From an uncultured Planctomycetaceae bacterium (GTDB lineage Bacteria > Planctomycetota > Planctomycetia > Planctomycetales > Planctomycetaceae): 64,000 nucleotides of DNA. The stretch spans positions 64,001 through 128,000 of the forward strand of contig CAWFGE010000021.1 of NCBI GenBank assembly GCA_963815195.1, read 5' to 3'. Made by a program: the position numbers and the translations under genes. Below the pieces are notes generated by a model, which worked only from the letters and a program-made list of their open reading frames with translations, did not search any database and had not been told where the DNA came from. Positions 23,685-33,981 of this stretch are shown piece after piece (position 1 is the first letter of the stretch; each line of letters opens with the position of its first letter).

Positions 23685-24702
23685 ATGAGCACGCAACTTG
23701 CCATTGCCGAAACCCGCGCCCCGGTCGCTCGCGGAACCGTTGCGTTTGCCGGGTGCGTGCTGGGGCTGGCGGCGGCTTCCTGCACGCTCGCGGGATTTGC
23801 TCCCTTGGGATTTTCGATTGTGACAGTGTTTCTGTTCGCCGGTCCGCACAACTGGATGGAAGCCCGCTTCTTTCTCTCGCGAATGCCCGCGACCTGGACG
23901 CGGCTCAAGTGGTATTTCCTGTTGGGCATCGCCGGCGTGCTGGGGTTGTCGCTCGGGAGTTTGCTGTTTCCTTCGTTCGCCAGGAGCGGCGCCTGGCGGT
24001 GGGAGGATTGGCTGTTCGCCATCGCGTGTTGGAACACCTCGCTGGTCGCGTGGATTCTCATGATGGCGGCCTATCGGCACCGGGAAGCCCCGGCCGAGAA
24101 ATGGCTGTGGATCTTTCCCGCCGGGTTTGCACTCGTCGCGGTGACTTGGATTCATCCGCTGGCGTGGAGTTTGGCACTTGTCTATTTGCATCCATTGGTG
24201 GCGCTCTGGTTTTTGGATCGGGAATTGGGCCGCCGGCGTCCGCAGTGGAGAACGGCGTATCGCCGCTGTCTGCTGCTCGTGCCGATGTTCCTGGGCGTGT
24301 TGTGGTGGCGGCTGGCCGGGGCTCCGCCGCTCCCTGGCGAGGATTTGCTGACGATGCAGATCACACACCACGCCGGGCGCGAATCTGCTTACCGGCGTTT
24401 CCAACCGATTTTTGGTGGCGGCGCATACGTTCCTGGAGATGCTGCATTACGCGGCGTGGATTGCGGCGATTCCGCTCGTGGGCTATGCCGGGACGCCTTG
24501 GACTTTGAAAAAAGTCCCGCTGGCCCAAAAGTCGCACCGCTGGAAAGCCGCGATCGCCGGGGCGCTATTGATCGGGGCGGGTGTCACGTTCCTGTTGTGG
24601 GCGGGGTTTCTCGCGAATTACCCGTTGACCCGCGACATCTACTTCAGCGTGGCGATTCTGCACGTCCTCGCCGAGATTCCTTTCTTGTTGCGATTGTTTT
24701 GA
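23685..24702 (+). CDS. Polytopic membrane protein with His motifs; apparent frameshift near 24385
   Basis: About 10 TM segments; AGPHNWME, VYLHP, AAHTFLEMLHY, YFSVAILHVLAE. Confidence 0.75.
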
Positions 24703-24705
24703 GCC

Positions 24706-25092
24706 ATGCCGACCGCGGGGGAGCTTTGGGCGTTTCTGCCGATGGGGTATCTCGTCACCGTGTGCCTGGAAACGCCGGTGCTCTTGGTCGGCCTTTCCAG
24801 GATTCATCCGCTCCGCCGGCGGTTTCTCGCGGGACTTTGGCTGACGGCGTGCACGTATCCCATCGTGGTCCTGGTGCTGCCTTTTCTGGTTTGGGAGCCG
24901 TTCGGCCGGGCGTGGTATCTGGCCGTGGCCGAAACGTTCGCCCCCCTCGCGGAATGCGTGCTGTTTTACTTGGCGTACCTGGCTCCGATCCAGGCAACGC
25001 GGCGGGACGTCGCCCGGGACATGGCGGCGATCCTCCTCGCCAACCTCACGTCGTTTTTATCCTACGAACTCGTGCATCGCTTGCTGGTTTAA
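24706..25092 (+). CDS. Small 4-TM hypothetical protein with intramembrane Glu residues
   Basis: TVCLETP, TACTYP, AETFAPLAE, ANLTSF; starts 3 nt after the previous stop. Confidence 0.75.
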   Translation: MPTAGELWAFLPMGYLVTVCLETPVLLVGLSRIHPLRRRFLAGLWLTACTYPIVVLVLPFLVWEPFGRAWYLAVAETFAPLAECVLFYLAYLAPIQATRRDVARDMAAILLANLTSFLSYELVHRLLV

Positions 25093-25225
25093 CATGGCGA
25101 ATCGGCATAAAACAAACGCGTCATCGTCGAAGGCGTCCGGCAATGTTGCTAGAGTCTCAATTGACTGCCAGAATTGTGTGGTCGAAGTAACGCTATTTTT
25201 TGTCACTTTTTGAAGGGTGCGTGTG

Positions 25226-25717
25226 ATGAATGCTCGTGAGGCGATCAAGGCGGCTTCCGTGGTGCCGGATTTTGTGTGGAAGGCTTATCTCGAGGATTTG
25301 ACCGACGAAGACATGCTCGTCCGCCCGGTGGACGGGGCCAATCACATCAAATGGCAGTTGGGGCACATCATCGCTTCGGAGCGCGGGCTGGTGGAGACCG
25401 TCTGCCCCGGCGCGATGCCCGCGCTGCCGGAGGGCTTTGCCGAGCGGTACGCCAAGGAAACCGCGGCAAGCGACGACCCCGCCGCGTTCGATTCCAAGGC
25501 GGATCTCATTCGCCTCGCCGAAGAGCAAAACGCCGCTGCGGCCGCGGCGCTCGAGAACCTCAGCGAGGAGGACCTGGACAAGCCGATGCCCGAAAAGTAT
25601 CAGATGTTCGGCCCCACGGTGGCGCACCTGTTCGTGATGCTTCCCGCGCACTGGACGATGCACGCCGGGCAATGGGCGGTCACCCGCCGCAAGCTCGGCA
25701 AGCCGCCGCTGTTTTGA
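25226..25717 (+). CDS. DinB family protein
   Basis: NHIKWQLGHI and HWTMHAGQ metal-binding His motifs; RRKLGKPPLF C-terminus. Confidence 0.88.
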   Translation: MNAREAIKAASVVPDFVWKAYLEDLTDEDMLVRPVDGANHIKWQLGHIIASERGLVETVCPGAMPALPEGFAERYAKETAASDDPAAFDSKADLIRLAEEQNAAAAAALENLSEEDLDKPMPEKYQMFGPTVAHLFVMLPAHWTMHAGQWAVTRRKLGKPPLF

Positions 25718-25730
25718 TTGGGGACGGCGG

Positions 25731-26828
25731 TCAATTCTTCAAGCCGAATTTGCGGTTGAACTCTGCGGGATCGAAGGCGTCGGGCTGTTTGTTTTCCAAA
25801 ATGGAATTGAGCAGCCTTTCCTTTTGCTGTTCGGTCCGTTCCGCCGGTTCGGTCGGCTTGGGGGCTTCGGGAGCGCCTCGAATCAACGTTTCGTCCGGTT
25901 CCAAATCCTGGTCGAGCCTGGCGTATTTGTTGAGTACGGGTTTACCCTTGGACTCGGCATTTTGCTCTTTGGCGACTTGGGCGATCCAGTCTTTCAAGGT
26001 TTCCAGGTTCTGCTCGCCGGCGCTCCCGTAGAAAATCGGCCGCCGATTTCGCCCGTGGGTTCCGGCGAGGGTTTTGAGGAGCCGGCTTTCCTCGGGGGCC
26101 GACATATCCACAAACCCGAGCACATTGTCCAGGTTCTGCATGGTTTGGCGGTTCATGCTCCGACGAACGTGCGTGATTTGAAATTCCTGCCCCGACGCGG
26201 GACCGTGGCAGGCCGCGTTCCCGCAGCGGTTGAGCAACAGCGGCTGCACGCGAATCACATACTGCCTGGCGAGTTCCGGCGACAAGCCCGCGAGCGATTC
26301 CGGTTCCGACTTTTGAAAGCCTTCCGCGGTTTTCGCCGGCGGCTGCGGCTTGGCGAACGCCACCCGCTCGGGATGCAGCAACCGATCGAGCCCGGCATAC
26401 ATCCGCCGGCCTTCTTCGTGATCGGGATCCGCGATCAATGCGTCGCGCAGCTCCCGGCGGGCTTCGTCAAACAGCTTCCAGGCGATGCACCAGCGGGCCA
26501 AACCGACCTGGAAATCCGGCGTGGGCGTGGGCTGCGTGGCCTTGAGTTTTTCGTAGGCGTCGTGCCGATCGTCGGCGACCACGCTGATTCGCTCGAACGG
26601 GACCAGAAAACTGCCCTTGGGCAAATCCACGACATATCCGCCCGCGTTTTGGCTCAGCCGGCCTTCCACAAGTTGGCCGGTGTTCAGCACCAACACGCCC
26701 GCGCGGGTGCCCCGGCTTGCGGTTGGGGAAACCTCGGCTTCGTCCGCGCGGATCCAACGATTCCCGCACCACAGGCACGCCCCCAAAAGCGCAACCATCA
26801 ACCCGCCCCGCCAAATGAGGTTTCGCAT
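25731..26828 (-). CDS. Secreted hypothetical protein with TPR-like segment and CxxxxCH motif
   Basis: Signal peptide; LARWC...ALIADPDH; VQPLLLNRCGNAACHG; ESRLL...HG. Confidence 0.7.
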   Translation of the reverse strand: MRNLIWRGGLMVALLGACLWCGNRWIRADEAEVSPTASRGTRAGVLVLNTGQLVEGRLSQNAGGYVVDLPKGSFLVPFERISVVADDRHDAYEKLKATQPTPTPDFQVGLARWCIAWKLFDEARRELRDALIADPDHEEGRRMYAGLDRLLHPERVAFAKPQPPAKTAEGFQKSEPESLAGLSPELARQYVIRVQPLLLNRCGNAACHGPASGQEFQITHVRRSMNRQTMQNLDNVLGFVDMSAPEESRLLKTLAGTHGRNRRPIFYGSAGEQNLETLKDWIAQVAKEQNAESKGKPVLNKYARLDQDLEPDETLIRGAPEAPKPTEPAERTEQQKERLLNSILENKQPDAFDPAEFNRKFGLKN

Positions 26829-27067
26829 CCGAGCACACGCAATCTGTCGAAAATGGGGATTCCATCAAGAAAGGGCCGGGAACATACAAAAGCCCCGGGC
26901 GGGAGGTCAAGATCATCCCGATTTTCCCGCCCGGCGCGAATTGCGGGCCGGCGATTCTTTCCAGAAAATCGATTCGCGACTTTCCGCGGCCTGGTGCGGC
27001 TGCTAAAATTTCCTGTTCGATTCTTCCCGTTTCCCCCCAAATATTTGCAGAATATCGGAGACAGATC

Positions 27068-27166
27068 ATGGCGAAAACGAATCGCAAACTCAAAAAAGCC
27101 AACCACGGCCGCCGGCCCGCGAGTGCCAAGGCCCGCAAACTGAAACGGCGGAAAATCAAGGTTTGA
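27068..27166 (+). CDS. Small basic protein, 50S ribosomal protein bL37-like (not in the ORF track)
   Basis: GGAG at 27057-27060; translates to MAKTNRKLKKANHGRRPASAKARKLKRRKIKV*; contains the KANHGxRP motif of bL37. Confidence 0.8.
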   Translation: MAKTNRKLKKANHGRRPASAKARKLKRRKIKV

Positions 27167-27202
27167 GAAACCCGACCAAAAACCACCTGAATTGAAGGCG
27201 GG

Positions 27203-28176
27203 ATGATGTCGCAGTCCTCCGCGAACGCCGGGGATTCCCCTTGGCTGATTGGGGTGGAAGGCGGAGGCACCAAGACCGTGGCGTGGATCGCTTCGCCTCG
27301 GCCCGATGGTGAATTTGACATCCTGGGACGCGGGGCGAGCGGGCCGTCCAATCTGCACGCGATCGGGCTCGATCTGACCTTTGCCAGCCTGCTGGAAGCC
27401 TTGGGCGGTGCCTGGAAAGACGCCGGCCGGAAAAGCACACCCGTCGCGGCCGCCTGCCTGACGATGGCCGGGGTGGACCGCATCCAAGAAGAAGCCCTCA
27501 TCACCCAGTGGGCCAAATCGCAGCGCCTCGCCGGACGCATCCAAGTCACAAACGATTCCGTGGGCCTGCTCGCCGCGGGAACCTCGGAGGGCTGGGGCAT
27601 CGGGCTGGTCGCCGGCACGGGATCGATCGCCTTCGGGCAAACCGCCGACGGCCGGGCCACGCGGACCGGGGGCTGGGGTTATCTGATGGGCGACGAGGGC
27701 AGCGCCTACACCGTGACGCTCGCCGGTTTGCGGGCCGCGGTCCGCGCCGCCGACGGCCGGCGGGAGATGACCCGCCTGCTTCCCGATTTTTTGGACCGCC
27801 TGGGACTAAACGAGCCGAACGACCTCTTGGAAACCATTTACCTCTCGAAGCGCGATCGAGCTTGGGTGGCTTCGCTCGCCGACGTGGTCACGACCGCAGC
27901 CTCGGCGGGCGAACCGGCGGCGGTGGAGATTATCGAAACCGCCGCCCGGGAATTGGCCCTCTTGGTCGCGACCACGGCCCGAAAGCTCGGCCTCGATCAA
28001 ACGCCGACGCCCGTTTGCTTCACAGGCGGATTGCTCTTGAACACTCCGGCCTTACAGCAGCGGCTCATCGATCAGCTGCGCGCGAGAACCTTTGCGTTGC
28101 GGAATGCGTGCCCGTGACCGATCCCGTCCTCGGAGCCATCAAACTCGCCTTGCAACTGCTCGGTTCGGCGGGTTAG
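27203..28176 (+). CDS. N-acetylglucosamine/N-acetylmuramic acid kinase, BadF/BadG/BcrA/BcrD ATPase family; apparent frameshift near 28085
   Basis: IGVEGGGTKT, SGPSN, VTND, VAGTGS, GGWGYLMGDEGS. The C-terminus ...PVLGAIKLA is in the next frame. Confidence 0.88.
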
Positions 28177-28221
28177 AACGTGTTTGAAAATCTGGGCGGT
28201 CGGCGCTAGCCTCCGGTCTCG

Positions 28222-28995
28222 ATGAAATGGTTCTGCTCGATGCCCGATCTGAATAATCTCGCCCGCGAAGTTCATCTCTGGTTCCTGCCGACGGAACGGT
28301 TTGAGGATGCGGAACTGGCCGAGATGTCCGCAGACATCCTCTCCGCCGAGGAGCAATCGCGGGCGGAGCGATTTGCTTTCGCGAAGGACCGCCGGTCCTA
28401 CATCCTCGCCCATTGGCTTATGCGAACGGTCCTTTCGGAATATGCACGGGTTCCGCCGGCGAGTTGGGAGTTCACGCGGACTCTGCTCGGCAAGCCCGCG
28501 GTCCAGGCCCCACCGGCAAACATCCACCTGGAGATCAACCTCTCCCACACCGTCGGCATGGTGGCCTGCGCGGTGACGGCCGCGGGAGAGGTGGGCGTGG
28601 ATGTGGAGACCGTCACGCCCCGCGATCATCTCAAGCTCGCCCGCCGGTTTTTTGCTCCAGAAGAAGTCTCGCAAATGGAACAGCTACCGGCGGATCGGCG
28701 CGATCAGGCATTCTTCCGCTTCTGGACGCAGAAGGAAGCCTATATCAAAGCCCGCGGGCTGGGATTGTCGTTGGATCTGGCGAGCTTCTGGTTTCCGGAC
28801 GTGATGGGGGAGACCATCGACATCGCCTTTGCCGCCGACATGGACGATCGCCCCGGCGATTGGCAATTCTATCGTCACGAGCCGGACGAACAGCACAAAA
28901 TCGCCGTCGCCGTCCACCGGCCGCATCGGCCCAAAGCGGCACTGAAGATTTTCGCCAATGTCGTCCCCGGCGAAGCCCGTGAAGGGTTCCTATAA
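28222..28995 (+). CDS. 4'-phosphopantetheinyl transferase, Sfp type
   Basis: GKP, INLSH, VGVDVE and FFRFWTQKEAYIKARGLGL motifs. Confidence 0.93.
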   Translation: MKWFCSMPDLNNLAREVHLWFLPTERFEDAELAEMSADILSAEEQSRAERFAFAKDRRSYILAHWLMRTVLSEYARVPPASWEFTRTLLGKPAVQAPPANIHLEINLSHTVGMVACAVTAAGEVGVDVETVTPRDHLKLARRFFAPEEVSQMEQLPADRRDQAFFRFWTQKEAYIKARGLGLSLDLASFWFPDVMGETIDIAFAADMDDRPGDWQFYRHEPDEQHKIAVAVHRPHRPKAALKIFANVVPGEAREGFL

Positions 28996-29179
28996 TACTC
29001 AAACGGTGACCGTTTGGGTGGCTGGGGCGCAAATCCTCCTTTGAAAAACGCGTGAATTGCGAATGCTGGGCCTGGGGCCGGGCGAGAAAAATCTCACCCG
29101 GCCCCAGGCCTCAAATCCCCTTTTTCCTCGGAACAATCCTTTGCCCCCCAGCCACCCTGCCGCGAAGGGTTCCTATAAT
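28981..29179 (+). repeat. 16-bp direct repeat GAAGGGTTCCTATAAT (28981-28996 and 29164-29179)
   Basis: Exact match read directly from the sequence; the first copy includes the PPTase stop codon. Confidence 0.85.
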
Positions 29180-32041
29180 GGATGCGGCCGGAAATATTGG
29201 ATCGAACAAGGGAGACATGATGGAACTGCGCGGGGTTCGCGTGCATAACCTCAAAGGGATCGATGTGACGATTCCCTGGGGGCACATCTCGGCGATCAGC
29301 GGGGTGAGCGGGTCGGGCAAAAGCAGCCTGGCGTTCGATACGTTGTTCGCCGAGGGCCAACGCCGGTATTTGGAGAGCCTCTCGCCCAAGGCCCGCGGGT
29401 TTTTGGAGCAAATGCCCGCGCCCGAAGCCGACCACATCGACCCGCTTCCGCCCGCGCTTGCCATCCGCCAGAACGCCCGCACGTTTCCGCCGCGTGCGAC
29501 GGTGGGGACCATCACCGAGATTTCGCATTACCTCCGTCTCTTGTTTTCCAAAGCCGGGCAAATCATCTGCCCCGGGTGCGGCCAACCGGTCCAAAAACAA
29601 ACGCCGCAAACGGTGCTGGAAGACATCCACGCATTCCCGGCCGGTCAAAGGTTTCAAATTGCCTTTCCCTCCCCGTTGCCGCCGGCATCGCCAAACGACA
29701 ACACCACACTCGCCGAGGGGTTGATCGAGCAGGGATTTACGCGGGCGATCGTCGATCATCGCACGAGGAATCTCAAATCCGATCCGCTGCCGGCCGGTGA
29801 AGAGGAGGAACCCGTCTTGGTGATTGTCGATCGTGTGACGGCCGGAAAAACCTCGGACGAGCGATTGCTGGACAGCCTGGAACTCGCCTTCTCCGCCGGC
29901 GAAGGCCGGTGCGTGCTCTTCCGGGAGGAGACGGCCGGCGACGGCGCCTCGTTTCTCCTGGATGGCAAGACTTGGCAGGTGGACCGGTACAGCGATCAAC
30001 TGCGGTGCGAAACCTGCGGCCGGGAGTTTGCGGAACCGGAGCCGCGATTGTTCAACCCCAACAGTCCCGCCGGGGCGTGTCCCCGGTGCGAAGGCGCGGG
30101 AACGATTGCGGAATTTTCCTTGCGCAACTCGTCCCCGAACCGGCTCTTCGATTGGAAGATGCAGCGATCGCCTGTTTCAAAGAATCGCCGCTGCAAAGCC
30201 GATTCGCCGAGTGGCTAAAAGAAGCACAACTCGCGGGCGTTCCGCTCGATATGCCGTTTGCCGAATTGTCGGACGCGCAAATTATTTTATTGACGGAGGG
30301 CGATCCCGATCACGAATTTCCCGGGCTTCGGCCGTTGTTTGCAGAACTCCAAGCGGACTCCCATAAGCCCGCGGTGCAAGCCTTCTTGAACCGCTGGCTC
30401 TCCTCGGTCTCGTGCCCGGAATGCCAGGGGCAACAACTAAAGCCGGAATCGCTCGCCGTGCGAATGGGCGGAGCAAATTTCGCGGAGGCCGCCCGCCGGC
30501 CTGTGAGCGAATTTCGCGCGTGGGCTAATGCGGTTTCCCAAACGTTGACGGCAACCGAACGCCGGCTGCTCAATGTGGTGCTTCAAGAATTGGAATCGCG
30601 AGCGCAGGCTTTGTTGGACTTGGATCTCGGTTACCTCTCGCTCGATCGGCCGCTTGCCACGCTCGCCGGCGGCGAGGCGCAGCGAGCCTGTTTGACGCGG
30701 ATTCTGGGAAACCTCTTGGTCAACAGTTTGTACGTGCTCGATGAACCGTCCGCCGGCCTGCATCCCGCCGACTGCAAACGTGTCGTGCACGCAATTCAAA
30801 ACCTCAAGCAGGCCGAGAACACGATCGTTGTCGTGGAACACGCGGAAACGTTTCTACAAACCGCCGACCATTTGATCGATCTGGGACCGGGAGCCGGCGG
30901 GGACGGCGGGCGGGTCGTGTTTGAAGGACCGCCGGGCGAAATCACCGCTCACGCGGATTCGCAAACCGGGCAGTATCTCAGCGGGTCGGCGACGGTCGGC
31001 CGGCCGTATCGACAAACCGCCGCCCGGCCGGATTCGGTCCTCACATTGCACGGGGCAAAGCGGTTTCCGCTCAAGAGGATCACCGCCACGTTCCCGCTCA
31101 ATTGCCTGTGCGTCATCACGGGCGTCAGCGGCAGCGGCAAGACGGTGCTGTTGGAGCAAGTTCTCTACCCGGCCGTGCAATTCGCCCTGGGTCAGCCGAT
31201 CCCCCGCGATGTGCGAATGGGTTTTGAGAACCTGGATGGCGGCGAATCGATTGAAGACGTGGTGCTCTTGGATCAAACCCCACTCACCGGCAGTTCGCGA
31301 AGCAATCCGCTCACCTATCTGGGAGCATTCGACGACATCCGCCGCGTGTTTGCCGAGTCCCCCAAAGCGCATCGGCTGGGTTTTCAAATGAAGGATTTCA
31401 GCTTCAATTCGCCGTCGGGCGGGCGGTGTCCGAATTGTGCCGGAGGGGGCACGGTGCGGGTGGAGATGCAGTTCCTGGCCGACTTGGAAATCGTCTGCCC
31501 CCTATGCCAGGGCCGCCGGTATCGGCCGGAGATTTTGAGCGTCCGCTACCGGGGCCTCCATATCGCCGAGGTCTTGGATTTGACCGTGGCCGAGGCCTTC
31601 CCGTTTTTCCGCACGCAGCCCCGGCTGCAAAAACGCCTTCAAGTGCTCAAAGATGTGGGCCTCGACTATCTGCCCCTCGGCCAGCCGACGGCCTCGCTCT
31701 CCGGCGGCGAATCGCAACGGCTCAAGCTGGCCTCGTTTTTGACCGGCAGCAACCGTTCCCGCACGCTGTTTTTATTGGATGAACCCACCAGCGGCCTGCA
31801 CCCCGCGGACATTCAAACTTTACTGAACTGCTTCGACCATCTGCTCGCCGTGGGACATTCGGTAATCGTCGCGGAGCATAACTTACATTTAATCGCCCAG
31901 GCCGATTGGATCCTCGACCTCGGCCCCGGCGCAGCGGAAGCCGGCGGCCAACTCCTCGCCCAAGGCCCGCCGGAGGAGATTGCCCACACGCCCGATTCCC
32001 CCACCGCCCGCTGCCTGAAGGACTGGCAATCTCGGAAATAA
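29178..32041 (+). CDS. uvrA: Excinuclease ABC subunit UvrA (possibly a paralog); apparent frameshift near 30120
   Basis: VHNLK, GVSGSGKSSLAFDTLFAEGQRRYLESLS, Zn fingers, LAGGEAQR, LDEPSAGLHP, second Walker A, LSGGESQRLKLA. Start at 29178 or 29217/29220. Confidence 0.93.
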
Positions 32042-32143
32042 ATCAAGTCGCGGACCGTTGAGTTTGTTCGCAGTCGCATAAAAAAGGCTTGCAGAATCGG
32101 GCTTGCCTTGTTGCAATCTTTCTTACGGGCACGCAATGAAAAT

Positions 32144-32176
32144 GGTCCGCACAGCGGACCGCACAGCGGACCCTAC
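32144..32176 (-). repeat. GTAG-type REP palindrome with internal duplication
   Basis: Reverse strand reads GTAGGGTCCGCTGTGCGGTCCGCTGTGCGGACC. Confidence 0.75.
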
Positions 32177-32198
32177 TTCGCTGAGCGAGATTCGATGA

Positions 32199-33056
32199 AT
32201 GACCAACCCAAACGCAAAAACGCTGCAAATCTTCCTGCCCACGGGCGAACCTCGTGGGATCAGAATCGCCGAACTCACGACCCGAATCGTACAGGCCGTG
32301 TTGATTCCCCGCAGCGATCTAGCCACGGCGAAAGCCCGCCCTGAACTCGATCATTTGTCCGTGTATTTCCTCTTTGGCGACTCCGAGGAAGCAGCCAAGC
32401 CTATTGTCTACGTCGGCCAGACTGAGGATGTACGCAAACGACTTGACTACCACAACAGCACGAAGGATTTCTGGCAGACCGCCGTCCTCGTGATTTCCAA
32501 GACACACAGCTTCACCCAGGCCCACATCAGATACTTGGAATACTACTGCGTTAAAAAGGCCAAGGAGATCGGCCGCTACGCCCTCAACAACGATCAGATT
32601 CCCTCAAAGCCGTTCGTCCCTGAGCCGATGGAAGCCGATCTTCTCGACGGATTTGAGACGCTCGCAACTCTCCTCGCTACGCTGGGCTATCCCGTCTTCG
32701 AGCCGATCATCAAGAACGATGCTGCTGAACAGTTCTATTTGAAGGGCAAAGACGCCGAAGCTGTTGGCGAGTTGGTCGAAGATGGTTTCGTAGTCAGGGC
32801 CGGTGCCATTGCCCGGATTGAAGTTGTCCCTTCTGCCCAAGACACAGTTCCCTCAATGCGGAAAAAGCTCGTCGAGAGCGGCGTTCTGGTGCAGGAAGAC
32901 GGGCATCTTCGGTTCACCCAGGATTATCTCTTCAATACGCCGAGCGGTGCCGCTGCTGTGGTCCTGGGGCGGACATCGAACGGCTGGGTGGATTGGAAGA
33001 ACAAAGACGGCATGACACTCAACGAGGTTAAGCGGGCCGAAACGGTTGAGGAATGA
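32199..33056 (+). CDS. GIY-YIG nuclease family protein with C-terminal DUF4357
   Basis: SVYFL...VYVGQTEDVRKRL..H, KDFW, YLE, N; C-terminal FTQDYLFNTPSGAAAVVLGRTSNGWVDWK. Confidence 0.88.
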   Translation: MTNPNAKTLQIFLPTGEPRGIRIAELTTRIVQAVLIPRSDLATAKARPELDHLSVYFLFGDSEEAAKPIVYVGQTEDVRKRLDYHNSTKDFWQTAVLVISKTHSFTQAHIRYLEYYCVKKAKEIGRYALNNDQIPSKPFVPEPMEADLLDGFETLATLLATLGYPVFEPIIKNDAAEQFYLKGKDAEAVGELVEDGFVVRAGAIARIEVVPSAQDTVPSMRKKLVESGVLVQEDGHLRFTQDYLFNTPSGAAAVVLGRTSNGWVDWKNKDGMTLNEVKRAETVEE

Positions 33057-33233
33057 GGCAAGCATCCAATTGCAGCAGGCCGACACCGCCGAGATAACAA
33101 ACGAGGATAGAACCGATGGCGATCTCCAAGCAAGACAAGCACGAATTGGACCAGTGCCATAGCGACTGGTGTGAATAAAAGGTATTGGGCTCCTGCTACT
33201 GGCTCTTGCCTCGTTGTCAGACACCCCCGCCAA

Positions 33234-33923
33234 TTATGTATAGGCCTTGGATCTTGCTTTGGATTGCGAGGCGGCAAATAGCAGACACAGCGCACCTAGG
33301 GATAGCAGCAACAGGCCGGAGGGTTCGGGGACCGTTTGAGTGATTGTGACCGTGCCCGGCGTGCTGTCGAAAGGCAATGACTCAAATGTGAAGTTGTTAA
33401 ATGAACTGTCAAGAAACACTGTGTTGTCTGAGGAAATCAGGCTGATTGTGAATTGATCGCCCGCCACGGGAGGCAGAGACGTTACCGTAGTGACGTCGAG
33501 ACGTGCGAGCAGTTTGGGGTCGCTGACCGACACGTCGGCACCCGACAAGGTCGCGTCGCCGCCGATGAAGGTGTCATGGGGCACAACAGGAGAGCTAACC
33601 GCTCCCACAGGCGCAGAAAAGAACGCGTCAGCGCTATCGCCGGAGAACACATAACTCGAATCGGTCAGTTGGGGGTCGGGTTGGGGGTCGACGAATTCAA
33701 GCCGTGTGGCACCCAACGTGTCGATGCGGAACTCGAAGTTGTAGGCGCTAAGATTCATGGGGCTGCCGCTGTCGCTTTGGATCATCACATCCACGAACCC
33801 GCTGCCACCTGGCTGGAGATCGAGGTCGCTGACTGAGACAATAAAGCCGGCTTGAGTCGGGACGTTGAAGCCGCAGACCAAAGTCACCATATATAGAAGG
33901 GTAGTGGACCAACGCAGTTGCAT
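33234..33923 (-). CDS. PEP-CTERM protein with cohesin-like domain
   Basis: Signal peptide ending TQA; VPEPS + TM + basic tail; beta-strand pattern IVSV..L.PG.SGFVDV.I / LSAYNFEFRID / LLARLDV / FTISL / PGTVTI. Confidence 0.8.
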   Translation of the reverse strand: MQLRWSTTLLYMVTLVCGFNVPTQAGFIVSVSDLDLQPGGSGFVDVMIQSDSGSPMNLSAYNFEFRIDTLGATRLEFVDPQPDPQLTDSSYVFSGDSADAFFSAPVGAVSSPVVPHDTFIGGDATLSGADVSVSDPKLLARLDVTTVTSLPPVAGDQFTISLISSDNTVFLDSSFNNFTFESLPFDSTPGTVTITQTVPEPSGLLLLSLGALCLLFAASQSKARSKAYT

Positions 33924-33981
33924 CTTCAATTCTCCAAGGCGGGTTTGTCAAAAAGCGAATAATTCCGGTAAGGCATCACGT

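Noticed and set aside
13926..28995. P450, glycosyltransferase and Sfp PPTase as a secondary-metabolite cluster
   Set aside because: There is no PKS, NRPS, ACP or precursor gene, and these genes are dispersed among unrelated ones.
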